Part shown: piece after piece, positions 10,286 to 19,275 of the stretch
How positions within the stretch are numbered: the stretch's first letter is position 1
Layout: every line of letters starts with the position of its first letter
NCBI GenBank assembly: GCA_948467675.1
Contig: CAOKFI010000001.1
Location: forward strand, 25,159 to 89,158
From: an uncultured Porphyromonadaceae bacterium
GTDB taxonomy: Bacteria > Bacteroidota > Bacteroidia > Bacteroidales > Muribaculaceae
Reading direction: 5' to 3'
Length of the DNA: 64,000 bases
Translations under genes and position numbers: made by a program
The notes under the pieces: model-generated
Told to the model about the DNA's origin: nothing
What the model saw: only the letters and a program-made list of their open reading frames with translations
The model's database searches: none

Positions 10286-10306
10286 AAGAGAGAATGAGCT
10301 TTAAGG

Positions 10307-11083
10307 TTATGACTGGTGTTTGCGGTGTTTGTTTATGATCTCCCGTGCGAGCTGTATATGGCTTGTGGCTCCGCGGCTCTCGGAATCGTAAAGGAGTGCC
10401 GGAAGTCCATGGCTCGGAGCTTCGCTCAGTCGTATATTGCGCGGGATAACCGTATTGAATACCATGTCGCTGAAATGTCCCTTGAGTTCTTCGTATATCT
10501 GGTTGGCAAGTCGCAGACGTGCGTCATACATCGTGAGCAGGAATCCTTCTATTTCCAGTTCGGGGTTGAGTTTGGACTTTATTATGCGTATGGTATTGAG
10601 GAGTTTGCTTATGCCTTCAAGGGCGAAATATTCGGCCTGTACAGGTATGATCACAGAATCGGCGGCTGTCAGCGCATTGACGGTGATCAGACCGAGCGAT
10701 GGCGAGCAGTCGATAAGGATATAGTCGTATCGTTCGCGCACCGGATCCAGCAGCCTCCGCAACACCGATTCGCGGTTGGGTTTGTTGACAAGTTCCAGTT
10801 CGGCACCGGCCAGGTCTATGCGTGACCCTACGAGCTGAAGGCCGTCGACGCATGTGTCGACCTGCGATCCGTCAAGAGGATAACCGTCGACCAGACATTC
10901 GTAGATCGACGAACTCATGGTGCGTGGATCTATGCCGTAGCCCGATGTGGCGTTGGCCTGTGGGTCGGCATCGATGATCAATACTTTTTTGCCTTCATTG
11001 GCGAGAGAGGCGGCCAGGTTGATGGTCGTAGTGGTTTTGCCTACGCCACCTTTCTGATTGGCTATTGCAATTATTTTACCCAT
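10307..11083 (-). CDS. parA: chromosome partitioning ATPase ParA/Soj
   Basis: ATG at 11083 gives [19 protein letters not shown] (deviant Walker A). The track ORF extends a further 15 codons upstream. Confidence 0.93.
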   Translation of the reverse strand: MGKIIAIANQKGGVGKTTTTINLAASLANEGKKVLIIDADPQANATSGYGIDPRTMSSSIYECLVDGYPLDGSQVDTCVDGLQLVGSRIDLAGAELELVNKPNRESVLRRLLDPVRERYDYILIDCSPSLGLITVNALTAADSVIIPVQAEYFALEGISKLLNTIRIIKSKLNPELEIEGFLLTMYDARLRLANQIYEELKGHFSDMVFNTVIPRNIRLSEAPSHGLPALLYDSESRGATSHIQLAREIINKHRKHQS

Positions 11084-11238
11084 GTAATAATAAGGTGAAT
11101 AATTAAACGTAGCCACAAAGTAACACAAAAAAATGTGTATGTCAATACCCCTTCGGGGTTGAAAATGAGTTAAATGTTAATAACTGGCTCCAATTGTTGA
11201 TAACTCGTGGAACGCTGTGGAACGTCTGAGGATACCGC

Positions 11239-12384
11239 TTATCGCCTGCTGAGCCATTTATCCGACAGCCAACGGCGCACAGGTTCATCATATAGCCGCA
11301 GCGCTCCCCACGCGATCAGTATTATGGCGACGAAAATGCCTGCGCATACCGGCCATGCTTCTACTGGTGTGATGCCGTTGTTCCATACCCACGCATAGAA
11401 CAGGTACATCAGCGGATAGTGGACTATATAGACCGGATAAGACAGGCGCCCTAAAAATCCGCATACTCCGGTCGAGAATCTGTCCGTAGTGTTGCCGCAT
11501 GCTCCGATATATACTACAAGGGGGAATATCAACAGGGTGCAGACGGTATCGTATATGCCATTGAGTATGGACGGCTCTCCGTCACTACTTCCTACGTATG
11601 GACACGACAGAATAAGGATCAATATGGCCGAACATATCCAGAAGGCGCCACGTATGCGGCATGGACGGAAAACGCGAGTCATGAGCAATCCCGCGGAGAA
11701 CGAGAATGACACTCTGGCAAAGCCGCCGATAAATCCCCATTCGGCCATGCTCCAGCCTACACCGAGATGGTATGCGCCCGACATATTGCATACGGCGCAG
11801 GCACCCAGGGCTATGCCCGATGCTGCGACTACTGCGGCCAGTGCCCGTCGGGAAAGCCGGTGCAATATTACAGCATATAATATACTGCCGATATATTCGA
11901 AAAACAGAGACCAGCTCGGGCCGTTCAGAGGGAACATTTCGCCATTGCCTCTGACTTCTGCATCTACGCCTGGAATGAGCGGAATCATGACCAGTCCGAG
12001 CAATAGCGCTATCAATACGGAATGCAGCTGTACCGGCGTGCCGTCCCAGTGTACGCTGCCTTGAATAAGAAAGGCTATGGCACCGAATATGACCGCAAGG
12101 ACTACCATAGGCTGCAGTCTGATTATTCGTCTAAGCATGAAACGCCAGGCAGTCATGCCGCCGTTGCGCCAGCGGTCGTCGTAGGCATAGCCTATTACGA
12201 ATCCCGACAATACGAAAAAGAAGTCAACCGCCAGATATCCGTGGTTCATCATCTGGTCTACAGCGGAAGTCGCGAAACCTTCGCCGAAGTGATATAATAT
12301 TACTAACATGGCGGCTACTCCGCGTAGCCCGTCTAAAAGCTCGTAGCGGGGTCTGCATACCGCTTGCGATGGCGTTTGGGTCAT
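11239..12384 (-). CDS. acyltransferase family 3 integral membrane protein
   Basis: 381 aa, polytopic, with the N-terminal LDGLRGVAAMLVILYHF motif of acyltransferase_3 enzymes. Confidence 0.85.
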   Translation of the reverse strand: MTQTPSQAVCRPRYELLDGLRGVAAMLVILYHFGEGFATSAVDQMMNHGYLAVDFFFVLSGFVIGYAYDDRWRNGGMTAWRFMLRRIIRLQPMVVLAVIFGAIAFLIQGSVHWDGTPVQLHSVLIALLLGLVMIPLIPGVDAEVRGNGEMFPLNGPSWSLFFEYIGSILYAVILHRLSRRALAAVVAASGIALGACAVCNMSGAYHLGVGWSMAEWGFIGGFARVSFSFSAGLLMTRVFRPCRIRGAFWICSAILILILSCPYVGSSDGEPSILNGIYDTVCTLLIFPLVVYIGACGNTTDRFSTGVCGFLGRLSYPVYIVHYPLMYLFYAWVWNNGITPVEAWPVCAGIFVAIILIAWGALRLYDEPVRRWLSDKWLSRR

Positions 12385-12461
12385 GTGGTGATGTCTGTTT
12401 TGAAGTTCAGTGCAAAATTATTGCCAAAAGGCGATAATGTTTTTGTCCTAAATCAAAAAAA

Positions 12462-13061
12462 TCACTTTATGCTGCGTATGCGGCTCAATGTGGCCGGTGT
12501 GATTCCGAGATACGATGCGATATCCGTAAGTCTGGCTCTGCGGCACACATCGGGAAACTGGCGTGCGAACTCCCTGTATCTTTCCTGGGCTGGCAGTGTG
12601 AGGCGCTCTTTGTGCGAACGGTGTATGCGCCTGTATTCGTTCTGGTGTATTATACACCACCAGTTGCACAGATCCATATCGGACGTTATGAGCTGCCGCA
12701 GTTCGTCTATGCTTATACTCCAGGCTTTTACCGGTTCTACGGCTTCGACATATTCTTCGCTCGGAGTTCCGTAATACATTTCGTCCATACTGAACACGAG
12801 AGTGCCCTCTGTAGAGAATGATGTAGTTATCTCTTCGCCGTAGACTACCCAGTAGCTTCGGGTCATACCTGTCTCTATAAAATAGGCCTGTCCGTCGGTC
12901 GAGCCCTCGCTGACGAGAGCCTGTCGTTTGGCAAAATCGTGCGGAGTCAGCAGATCGATGATTTTGGCGAGCGACCTGTCGCTGATCGGCCAGGCTTTGC
13001 GCATGACGGCAATAAGGTTAGGGATCTGGATCGGAGCTGTCATAATGCAAAGATACGTCAT
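12462..13061 (-). CDS. Crp/Fnr family transcriptional regulator
   Basis: 199 aa (alternative start at 13043) with a cNMP-binding-like N-terminal region and C-terminal HTH RLTDIASYLGITPATLSRIR. Confidence 0.85.
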   Translation of the reverse strand: MTYLCIMTAPIQIPNLIAVMRKAWPISDRSLAKIIDLLTPHDFAKRQALVSEGSTDGQAYFIETGMTRSYWVVYGEEITTSFSTEGTLVFSMDEMYYGTPSEEYVEAVEPVKAWSISIDELRQLITSDMDLCNWWCIIHQNEYRRIHRSHKERLTLPAQERYREFARQFPDVCRRARLTDIASYLGITPATLSRIRSIK

Positions 13062-13174
13062 TTTTGTTCATGATCGATGATGTGGCATATATTCTGATTT
13101 TGGAGCGATAGGTATAATTGTCTACATTTGCAATATAAATTATGCACTGACTAACCTTATTAATACGTACTGAA

Positions 13175-14392
13175 ATGTTTTGTCCTGATTGTCTGCGGTC
13201 ATGCGCCGTGTCCGCTCTGTGTTTATTGGGTTCTGCTGTGTCGGCCGGTGTACCGCAATATATCAATCCCGCAGGTGATGAATTTCCCATATTGGCCTGG
13301 TATTCCATACTACCCGACAGTGCGCAGACGCCGGAGCGTTACCGCGAACTCCGTGAAGCGGGTTTCAATATATCGTTTTCGCATTTCAAGAGCAATGCTC
13401 AGGTGGAGCGAGCCTTGGGGGCTATGGCCGGAACAGGTGTCAGGCTTATGCTGACAAGCCATGAGCTTGTGGATGATACAGAGGCTACAGTCAACCGATT
13501 TAAAGACTGCGCGGATGTTGCCGGATGGTTTCTTCGCGATGAGCCTACAGCCTCGGGATTCCCTGAACTCAGGCAGTTCCGGAATCGGGTTTATGCTGCC
13601 GATTCCTCGCGTGTGGTCTATCTTAATCTTTTCCCGAGTATGGTGGATGCCAAGTCGCTTGAAGTAAAGGACTACGACGAGTATGTCAATCGTTTTATAG
13701 ACGAAGTCTCGCTTCCGATGGTCTCTTATGACTTTTATCCGATCGTCGATGAGGATGGCAGTATACATGTGCGTGAACAGTTTTATGACAACCTGGAGCG
13801 TGTCAGCAGAATATGCCGGGAGAGGGATATGCCGTTCTGGGCGTTCTGTCTGTCGACAGCGCATACTCCGTATCCGGTCCCCGACAATGTGCACATGCGC
13901 TTCGAGGCATTTTCGGCTTTGGCATACGGAGCGCAAGGCATACAGTATTTCACTTATTGGCAACCGTCTTCGGCGAGGTGGAATTTTCATCATGCGCCTA
14001 TAGATGAGACTGGACGCAGGACAAACGTGTATTATCTGATCAAAGACCTGAATCGTGAGATCCAGGCTCTGTCGTGGGTGTTTCTTGGCGCCCAGGTCGA
14101 GGCGGTAGGGCATACCGGAGAATCCATACCTGCGACCTCCGTGAGATTCGCTTCATATCCTCATGAAATACGGTCTGTCGAGTCTGATGGCCAAGGTGTC
14201 ATTGTCTCTCGTTTTGTCAACGGCGATAAACGGTTCCTGATGATCGTGAACCGCGATATAGACCATTCGCAGACTGTATTCGTCGACAAGGATGCCTGTG
14301 TGAAACGTGTGAGTTCCGACGGAAGAATTGTTACTGACCATGATTCTTCTGCCGTAGTCGGGCCGGGTGACTATATTTTATATACGTGGTGA
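13175..14392 (+). CDS. secreted TIM-barrel glycoside-hydrolase-like protein (family unassigned)
   Basis: 405 aa with a signal peptide. WFLRDEP resembles the clan GH-A acid/base NEP motif, and the beta/alpha alternation fits. The family call is tentative. Confidence 0.5.
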   Translation: MFCPDCLRSCAVSALCLLGSAVSAGVPQYINPAGDEFPILAWYSILPDSAQTPERYRELREAGFNISFSHFKSNAQVERALGAMAGTGVRLMLTSHELVDDTEATVNRFKDCADVAGWFLRDEPTASGFPELRQFRNRVYAADSSRVVYLNLFPSMVDAKSLEVKDYDEYVNRFIDEVSLPMVSYDFYPIVDEDGSIHVREQFYDNLERVSRICRERDMPFWAFCLSTAHTPYPVPDNVHMRFEAFSALAYGAQGIQYFTYWQPSSARWNFHHAPIDETGRRTNVYYLIKDLNREIQALSWVFLGAQVEAVGHTGESIPATSVRFASYPHEIRSVESDGQGVIVSRFVNGDKRFLMIVNRDIDHSQTVFVDKDACVKRVSSDGRIVTDHDSSAVVGPGDYILYTW

Positions 14393-14398
14393 TATCAG

Positions 14399-14425
14399 GC
14401 GGATGTTAATATTTTTAACATCCGC
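14399..14425 (+). terminator. rho-independent terminator
   Basis: gcggatgttaa / ttaacatccgc is an 11-bp stem with loop tattt, followed by tttt, just after the stop at 14392. Confidence 0.8.
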
Positions 14426-14498
14426 TTTTCGTAAAAATCGCAGTCCGTCGGAGATCTGCGGGTTTATCTTTGCCGTATGATCTTAATCAATACACACA

Positions 14499-15053
14499 AT
14501 GAAACAAAAATCATTTACTTTCCGCAGTTCATGGCTGGAAGCCATGCGTAATATGTCAGGTGAAATACGTCTGTCATTGATGGATGCTATATGCCGGTAT
14601 GCTTTCTATGGCGAACAGCCTGCCGGTCTGGATCCGGTGGCGGAGGTCGCGTTCATATTGATACGCGCGGAAATCGATTCATCGCCGTCGCGACGCAAGG
14701 CAGATGCCGGAGCCGATACGGCTGCTCATGATTCAGCGACGCCCGACAATGTTGAATCCGTGACTCGTGAGAATCTTCCTGATGGCAACGCCAGGGAAGC
14801 ATTCGACAGATCGTACGATGCTGTCGCGTCGAGGGTTAAAGGCAAGCCGGAATGGCGCGACATGGTCTATGCGAGAACCGGTGTCCTCGATATGGATATG
14901 GCTGTAGCTGATTTCAGGGAGTATCTTTTGAAGAATGGATCAGTGGCTGATTTTGTAGGGACTGAAATGCGTGAGAAGGTATTTTGCAATAAGCTGATAG
15001 CATATCTGAGCAGACCGGATGCCGCTATATGCCATATAAATGACGACAGATAG
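14499..15053 (+). CDS. hypothetical protein (DUF6291-like N-terminus)
   Basis: 184 aa. The N-terminal FRSSWLEAMRNMSGEIRLSLMDAICRYAFYGEQP resembles a domain I recall from Bacteroidota mobilome-associated proteins. A TATCTTTG box lies at 14465-14472. Confidence 0.55.
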   Translation: MKQKSFTFRSSWLEAMRNMSGEIRLSLMDAICRYAFYGEQPAGLDPVAEVAFILIRAEIDSSPSRRKADAGADTAAHDSATPDNVESVTRENLPDGNAREAFDRSYDAVASRVKGKPEWRDMVYARTGVLDMDMAVADFREYLLKNGSVADFVGTEMREKVFCNKLIAYLSRPDAAICHINDDR

Positions 15054-15097
15054 CGCAGACTTTGGCTGCGCGCAAAAAAAATGGTAACTTTGGCGTA

Positions 15098-16252
15098 ATG
15101 AAACGCAAGGTTACCATAGTGACTTCAACTCGTGCTGACTGGGGACTGCTGTCGCCGGTAGCATGCGAGTTGCGCTCCCGGGGCAATGTCGCATTGTCGA
15201 TTCTGGCCACAAACATGCATCTGGATCAGCGCTACGGCAATACATTGGCCGAGATAGAAGCCGATGGCTTTGCTGTCGATGCAATAGCGCCGATGCCTAC
15301 TGACGCAGCCGACGGCTGTGATACGGCAAAAGCCATGGGTACATGCATGATCTCGACAGCCGGTGCGCTTGCCGCTCTTGAACCTGACATGATCCTGTTG
15401 CTTGGCGACCGTTATGAGATGCTGGCTGTCGCTTCGACAGCAGTCGTAATGGGTATTCCGGTCGTGCACATGGCCGGAGGCGAGATTTCGGAGGGCGCTT
15501 TCGATGACTCTATACGCCATGCTATAACCAAGTTGTCGGCACTGCATCTTACATCGACCGAAGAGTATCGCCGACGGGTTATACAGCTCGGAGAGGATCC
15601 GGACCGTGTGATAAATACCGGTTCTACCGGGGTATACAATTGCATGAATGTGCCATTGATGTCGAAACCGGAACTTGAGCAGTCGATCGGAATGTCTCTT
15701 GGCGATAAGGCTCTGCTGGTGACTCTTCATCCTGCCACGCTGGATCCTGTGCCGGTTGTGGAGCGTGTCAGGTCATTGTGTGAGGCACTCGACCGTTTTC
15801 CCGACAGCAAGGTGCTGATCACGTATCCCAACAATGATCCTCAGGGGCGTGTGATTATCGATGAGATAGAACGCTATGCATCCTATTGGCCCGGCCGTGT
15901 GCTGACAGTCCCTTCGCTGGGACGCCGCCGTTATCTGTCGGCATTGAAATGTGTCCGTGCTGTTGTCGGCAATTCCTCGAGCGCTATAATAGAGGTTCCG
16001 TCTATGGGCATACCTACTGTGGACATCGGGATCCGTCAGCAGGGACGCATAGCCGCGGAGTCGGTCATACATTGCGATGCTGATGCCGACTCCATAGCCG
16101 ATGCTATAGCACGGGCGCTGGTCATGGATATGTCGGGGATTGACAATCCATATTTCCGGCCTGATACGGTAAGCCGTATAGCCGATGCGATAGAGAATAC
16201 CCCTGTCGGACAACTTAGATGTAAACGTTTTTACGATCTGCCGAACGTATGA
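15098..16252 (+). CDS. neuC: UDP-N-acetylglucosamine 2-epimerase (hydrolysing), NeuC/LegG family
   Basis: ATG 15098 (track ORF starts at TTG 15062) gives MKRKVTIVTSTRADWGLLSPV, the hydrolysing-epimerase N-terminal signature. The protein is ~384 aa. Confidence 0.85.
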   Translation: MKRKVTIVTSTRADWGLLSPVACELRSRGNVALSILATNMHLDQRYGNTLAEIEADGFAVDAIAPMPTDAADGCDTAKAMGTCMISTAGALAALEPDMILLLGDRYEMLAVASTAVVMGIPVVHMAGGEISEGAFDDSIRHAITKLSALHLTSTEEYRRRVIQLGEDPDRVINTGSTGVYNCMNVPLMSKPELEQSIGMSLGDKALLVTLHPATLDPVPVVERVRSLCEALDRFPDSKVLITYPNNDPQGRVIIDEIERYASYWPGRVLTVPSLGRRRYLSALKCVRAVVGNSSSAIIEVPSMGIPTVDIGIRQQGRIAAESVIHCDADADSIADAIARALVMDMSGIDNPYFRPDTVSRIADAIENTPVGQLRCKRFYDLPNV

Positions 16253-16971
16253 GACCGCTGTTTGTGATTCCGGCCAGGGGTGGAAGCCGTGGAATTCCCC
16301 ATAAAAATATCAGACCGCTTGCCGGCAAGCCGCTGATCTGCTACTCGATAGAGGTGGCTTTACAGCTGGCAGGAATGGAACGCGTCATAGTCAGCACCGA
16401 CGATGAGGCCATTGCATCCGTTGCCCGCGGTACGGGGATAGACCGTCCTCACCGCCGTCCGTCCGAGCTGGGGTCTGACACCGCAGGTACGCGTGAAGTA
16501 TTGCTCGATGCCATGGCCGAGGCCGGCCGCCGGGGTATCGGGTTCGACTGTGTTGTTCTGCTTCAGCCTACGTCTCCGTTTCGTACTGTATCGGATGTGA
16601 GGGCTTGTATGGATGCGTATACACCCGACATTGATATGTCGGTGACTGTTGTCGAGGCATCGTGTAATCCTTACTATGACTGTTTCGAGCGGAACGATGA
16701 AGGATTTCTGCGTGTGAGCAAGGGCGATGGCCTGCTTAGCCGCCGTCAGGATGCTCCGGAAGCATGGCAGCTCAATGGAGCCGTCTATGTGATAAATCCG
16801 GAGTCGCTTGCCCAACGTCCTATCGGAGCTATGATGCGCCGTCGTCCTGTGGTCATGCCGGCCGACCGCAGTATCGACCTTGACACACCGCGAGACTGGG
16901 CTGTAGCCGAGGCTATGGCTCCGTATGTGCTTGGAGCTGGCTTTGATGGCAAACATAGAGATGATCGCTGA
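16249..16971 (+). CDS. neuA: acylneuraminate (nonulosonate) cytidylyltransferase, NeuA/LegF family
   Basis: 240 aa with the IPARGGSRGIPHKNI motif. Its start shares an ATGA overlap with the neuC stop. Confidence 0.85.
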   Translation: MRPLFVIPARGGSRGIPHKNIRPLAGKPLICYSIEVALQLAGMERVIVSTDDEAIASVARGTGIDRPHRRPSELGSDTAGTREVLLDAMAEAGRRGIGFDCVVLLQPTSPFRTVSDVRACMDAYTPDIDMSVTVVEASCNPYYDCFERNDEGFLRVSKGDGLLSRRQDAPEAWQLNGAVYVINPESLAQRPIGAMMRRRPVVMPADRSIDLDTPRDWAVAEAMAPYVLGAGFDGKHRDDR

Positions 16972-16990
16972 CGTTAATAGATAGCAGACA

Positions 16991-18046
16991 ATGATGGCTG
17001 ATAATCACATAATAAACGATACGACATCGCTCCGCGACGCTCTTGCGGCGCTTAACCGGCTTTCGGGGGGAGAGATGACACTGCTGGCTGTCGATGATGA
17101 CGGGATTATGACTGGCACTCTGACAGACGGCGATGTGCGCCGGGCATTGCTCGATGGGGTCTCGCTCGATTCTCCGGTATCGGAGGCGATGCACCGCAAG
17201 TTCCGGGCGATACATGCGTCGGACGATGATCTGGATACAATGCGCCGATGCAGGAGTATGGGTATCGCATTGCTGCCACGGCTCGATGCCGCCGGACGTG
17301 TGGCCGAAGTCATAGATCTCACCAGAACACATACGAAACTGCCTCTCAGCGCCATTCTTATGGCCGGAGGAAGAGGGGAGAGGCTGCGTCCGCTTACCGA
17401 TACCTGTCCCAAACCGCTGCTTGAGATCGACGGGAAACCGATCATAGACTACAACATAGAGGCATTGTCGAAATGCGGTATACGCGACATTACTGTGACT
17501 ACACGCTATCTGGCTGATATGATAAAGGCACATTTCAGTGAACCCCGGTATGGTGTCGAGGTGGAATGCGTGGAGGAAACGGAACCGCTCGGCACTATCG
17601 GTGCAGTCTCGCTGGTATCTGAACGCACAGGTACTGAGGCTACCGTAGTGATGAATTCCGATCTTCTGACTACTATATCGTTTGAAGACATGTATCTTCA
17701 TCACAGAGCTGACAATGCCGACATAACGATCGCCGCTGTCCCTTATGTGGTAAGTGTGCCATATGCCATATTGACGACTGATGGAAACAGAGTTTCCGCC
17801 ATAGAGGAGAAACCGACGTATACTCATTACGCCAATGGAGGCATATATATGATAAGCAACAGTTTACTCAGAACTATAGAGGCCGGAAAACGCCTCGATG
17901 CGCCTGATTTCATAGACCGTGCGATAGCCGAAGGGCGCCGGGTGACGTATTACCCCGTGTCGGGTACATGGATAGACATAGGTTCGCCTGCCGATTTCCG
18001 TCAGGCGCAGGAGATAATGCGTCATCACCGCTATCTGAGTCATTGA
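16991..18046 (+). CDS. CBS-domain sugar-phosphate nucleotidyltransferase (PtmE-like)
   Basis: 351 aa with an N-terminal CBS pair followed by the NTP-transferase motif ILMAGGRGERLRPLTDTCPKPLL. Confidence 0.8.
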   Translation: MMADNHIINDTTSLRDALAALNRLSGGEMTLLAVDDDGIMTGTLTDGDVRRALLDGVSLDSPVSEAMHRKFRAIHASDDDLDTMRRCRSMGIALLPRLDAAGRVAEVIDLTRTHTKLPLSAILMAGGRGERLRPLTDTCPKPLLEIDGKPIIDYNIEALSKCGIRDITVTTRYLADMIKAHFSEPRYGVEVECVEETEPLGTIGAVSLVSERTGTEATVVMNSDLLTTISFEDMYLHHRADNADITIAAVPYVVSVPYAILTTDGNRVSAIEEKPTYTHYANGGIYMISNSLLRTIEAGKRLDAPDFIDRAIAEGRRVTYYPVSGTWIDIGSPADFRQAQEIMRHHRYLSH

Positions 18047-18076
18047 CAATAATAACCATAATCACATATATAATAT

Positions 18077-19273
18077 ATGGCTGATTCCAATTTTATAGAT
18101 TACGTAAAGATATTTTGCCGCTCTGGTAAGGGTGGAGCAGGATCAAGACACTTCTACAGAGCCAAATACATACCCAAGGGAGGACCTGACGGTGGCGACG
18201 GTGGTCGTGGCGGTCACATCATATTGCGTGGCAATCAGAATATGTGGACATTGTTGCCCCTGAAATACCAGCGGCATCTGTTTGCCGGAAATGGTCAGAG
18301 TGGTTCAGGAGGACGTTCGTCAGGTAAAGACGGAGACGATGTCATTGTCGATGTGCCTTGCGGAACCGTGGTGTTCGATGCCGAGACAGGCGACTATCTG
18401 GCTGAGGTAACGGAGGACGGACAGGAGCTCAAACTGTTGCGTGGTGGCCGTGGAGGTCTGGGCAACTGGCATTTCAAAAGCGCTACCAACCGTACGCCGC
18501 GCTATGCACAGCCTGGTGAGCCGGCTATCGAAAAGACCGTGATTCTGGAGTTGAAACTGCTGGCCGATGTCGGTCTGGTAGGTCTGCCAAATGCCGGAAA
18601 GTCCACATTGTTGTCGGCGGTATCCGCTGCACGGCCTAAAATCGCCGATTATCCGTTCACGACTATGGAGCCTCAGCTTGGTATCGTTGGTTATCGTGAC
18701 AACCGTTCGTTTGTCATGGCCGATATTCCAGGTATTATCGAAGGCGCAAGCGAAGGGCGTGGTCTTGGTCTGCGTTTTCTGCGGCATATCGAACGCAATG
18801 CCGTGCTGCTGTTTATGGTGCCGGCCGATGCCGATGATATACGGGCGGAATATGAACTTTTGCTCAACGAATTGCGTCAGTTTAATCCTGAACTGGTCGA
18901 TAAACCGCGTGTATTGGCTGTATCGAAGAGCGATATGCTCGACGAGGAACTGATCGAAGCCATCACACAGGAACTCCCGGAAGGTGTCCCTCATGTGTTT
19001 ATTTCAGCTGTGACAGGATTCGGTCTGCAGGCGTTGAAAGATATGCTGTGGCGTGAAATCACCTCTGAAGACAACCGTCTGTTGGCGGAACAGGCGGTGC
19101 ACCGTCGCCTCGACGGCCGCCATCGCGTTCCCGACGAAGATGCGTTCATATTCGAGAATATCCCGGCGCCGGTGCCCGATGAAGATGAGCTGGCCGAAGG
19201 TGAGGACGAGGAATGGGACGACCTCGACTATGACTGGGACGAGGATACAGAACCGATCGATTTCTCCAATTGA
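18077..19273 (+). CDS. obg: GTPase Obg/CgtA
   Basis: 398 aa with the Obg fold glycine-rich N-terminus ([12 protein letters not shown]), G1 [12 protein letters not shown], and an acidic C-terminal tail. Confidence 0.95.
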   Translation: MADSNFIDYVKIFCRSGKGGAGSRHFYRAKYIPKGGPDGGDGGRGGHIILRGNQNMWTLLPLKYQRHLFAGNGQSGSGGRSSGKDGDDVIVDVPCGTVVFDAETGDYLAEVTEDGQELKLLRGGRGGLGNWHFKSATNRTPRYAQPGEPAIEKTVILELKLLADVGLVGLPNAGKSTLLSAVSAARPKIADYPFTTMEPQLGIVGYRDNRSFVMADIPGIIEGASEGRGLGLRFLRHIERNAVLLFMVPADADDIRAEYELLLNELRQFNPELVDKPRVLAVSKSDMLDEELIEAITQELPEGVPHVFISAVTGFGLQALKDMLWREITSEDNRLLAEQAVHRRLDGRHRVPDEDAFIFENIPAPVPDEDELAEGEDEEWDDLDYDWDEDTEPIDFSN

Positions 19274-19275
19274 TT

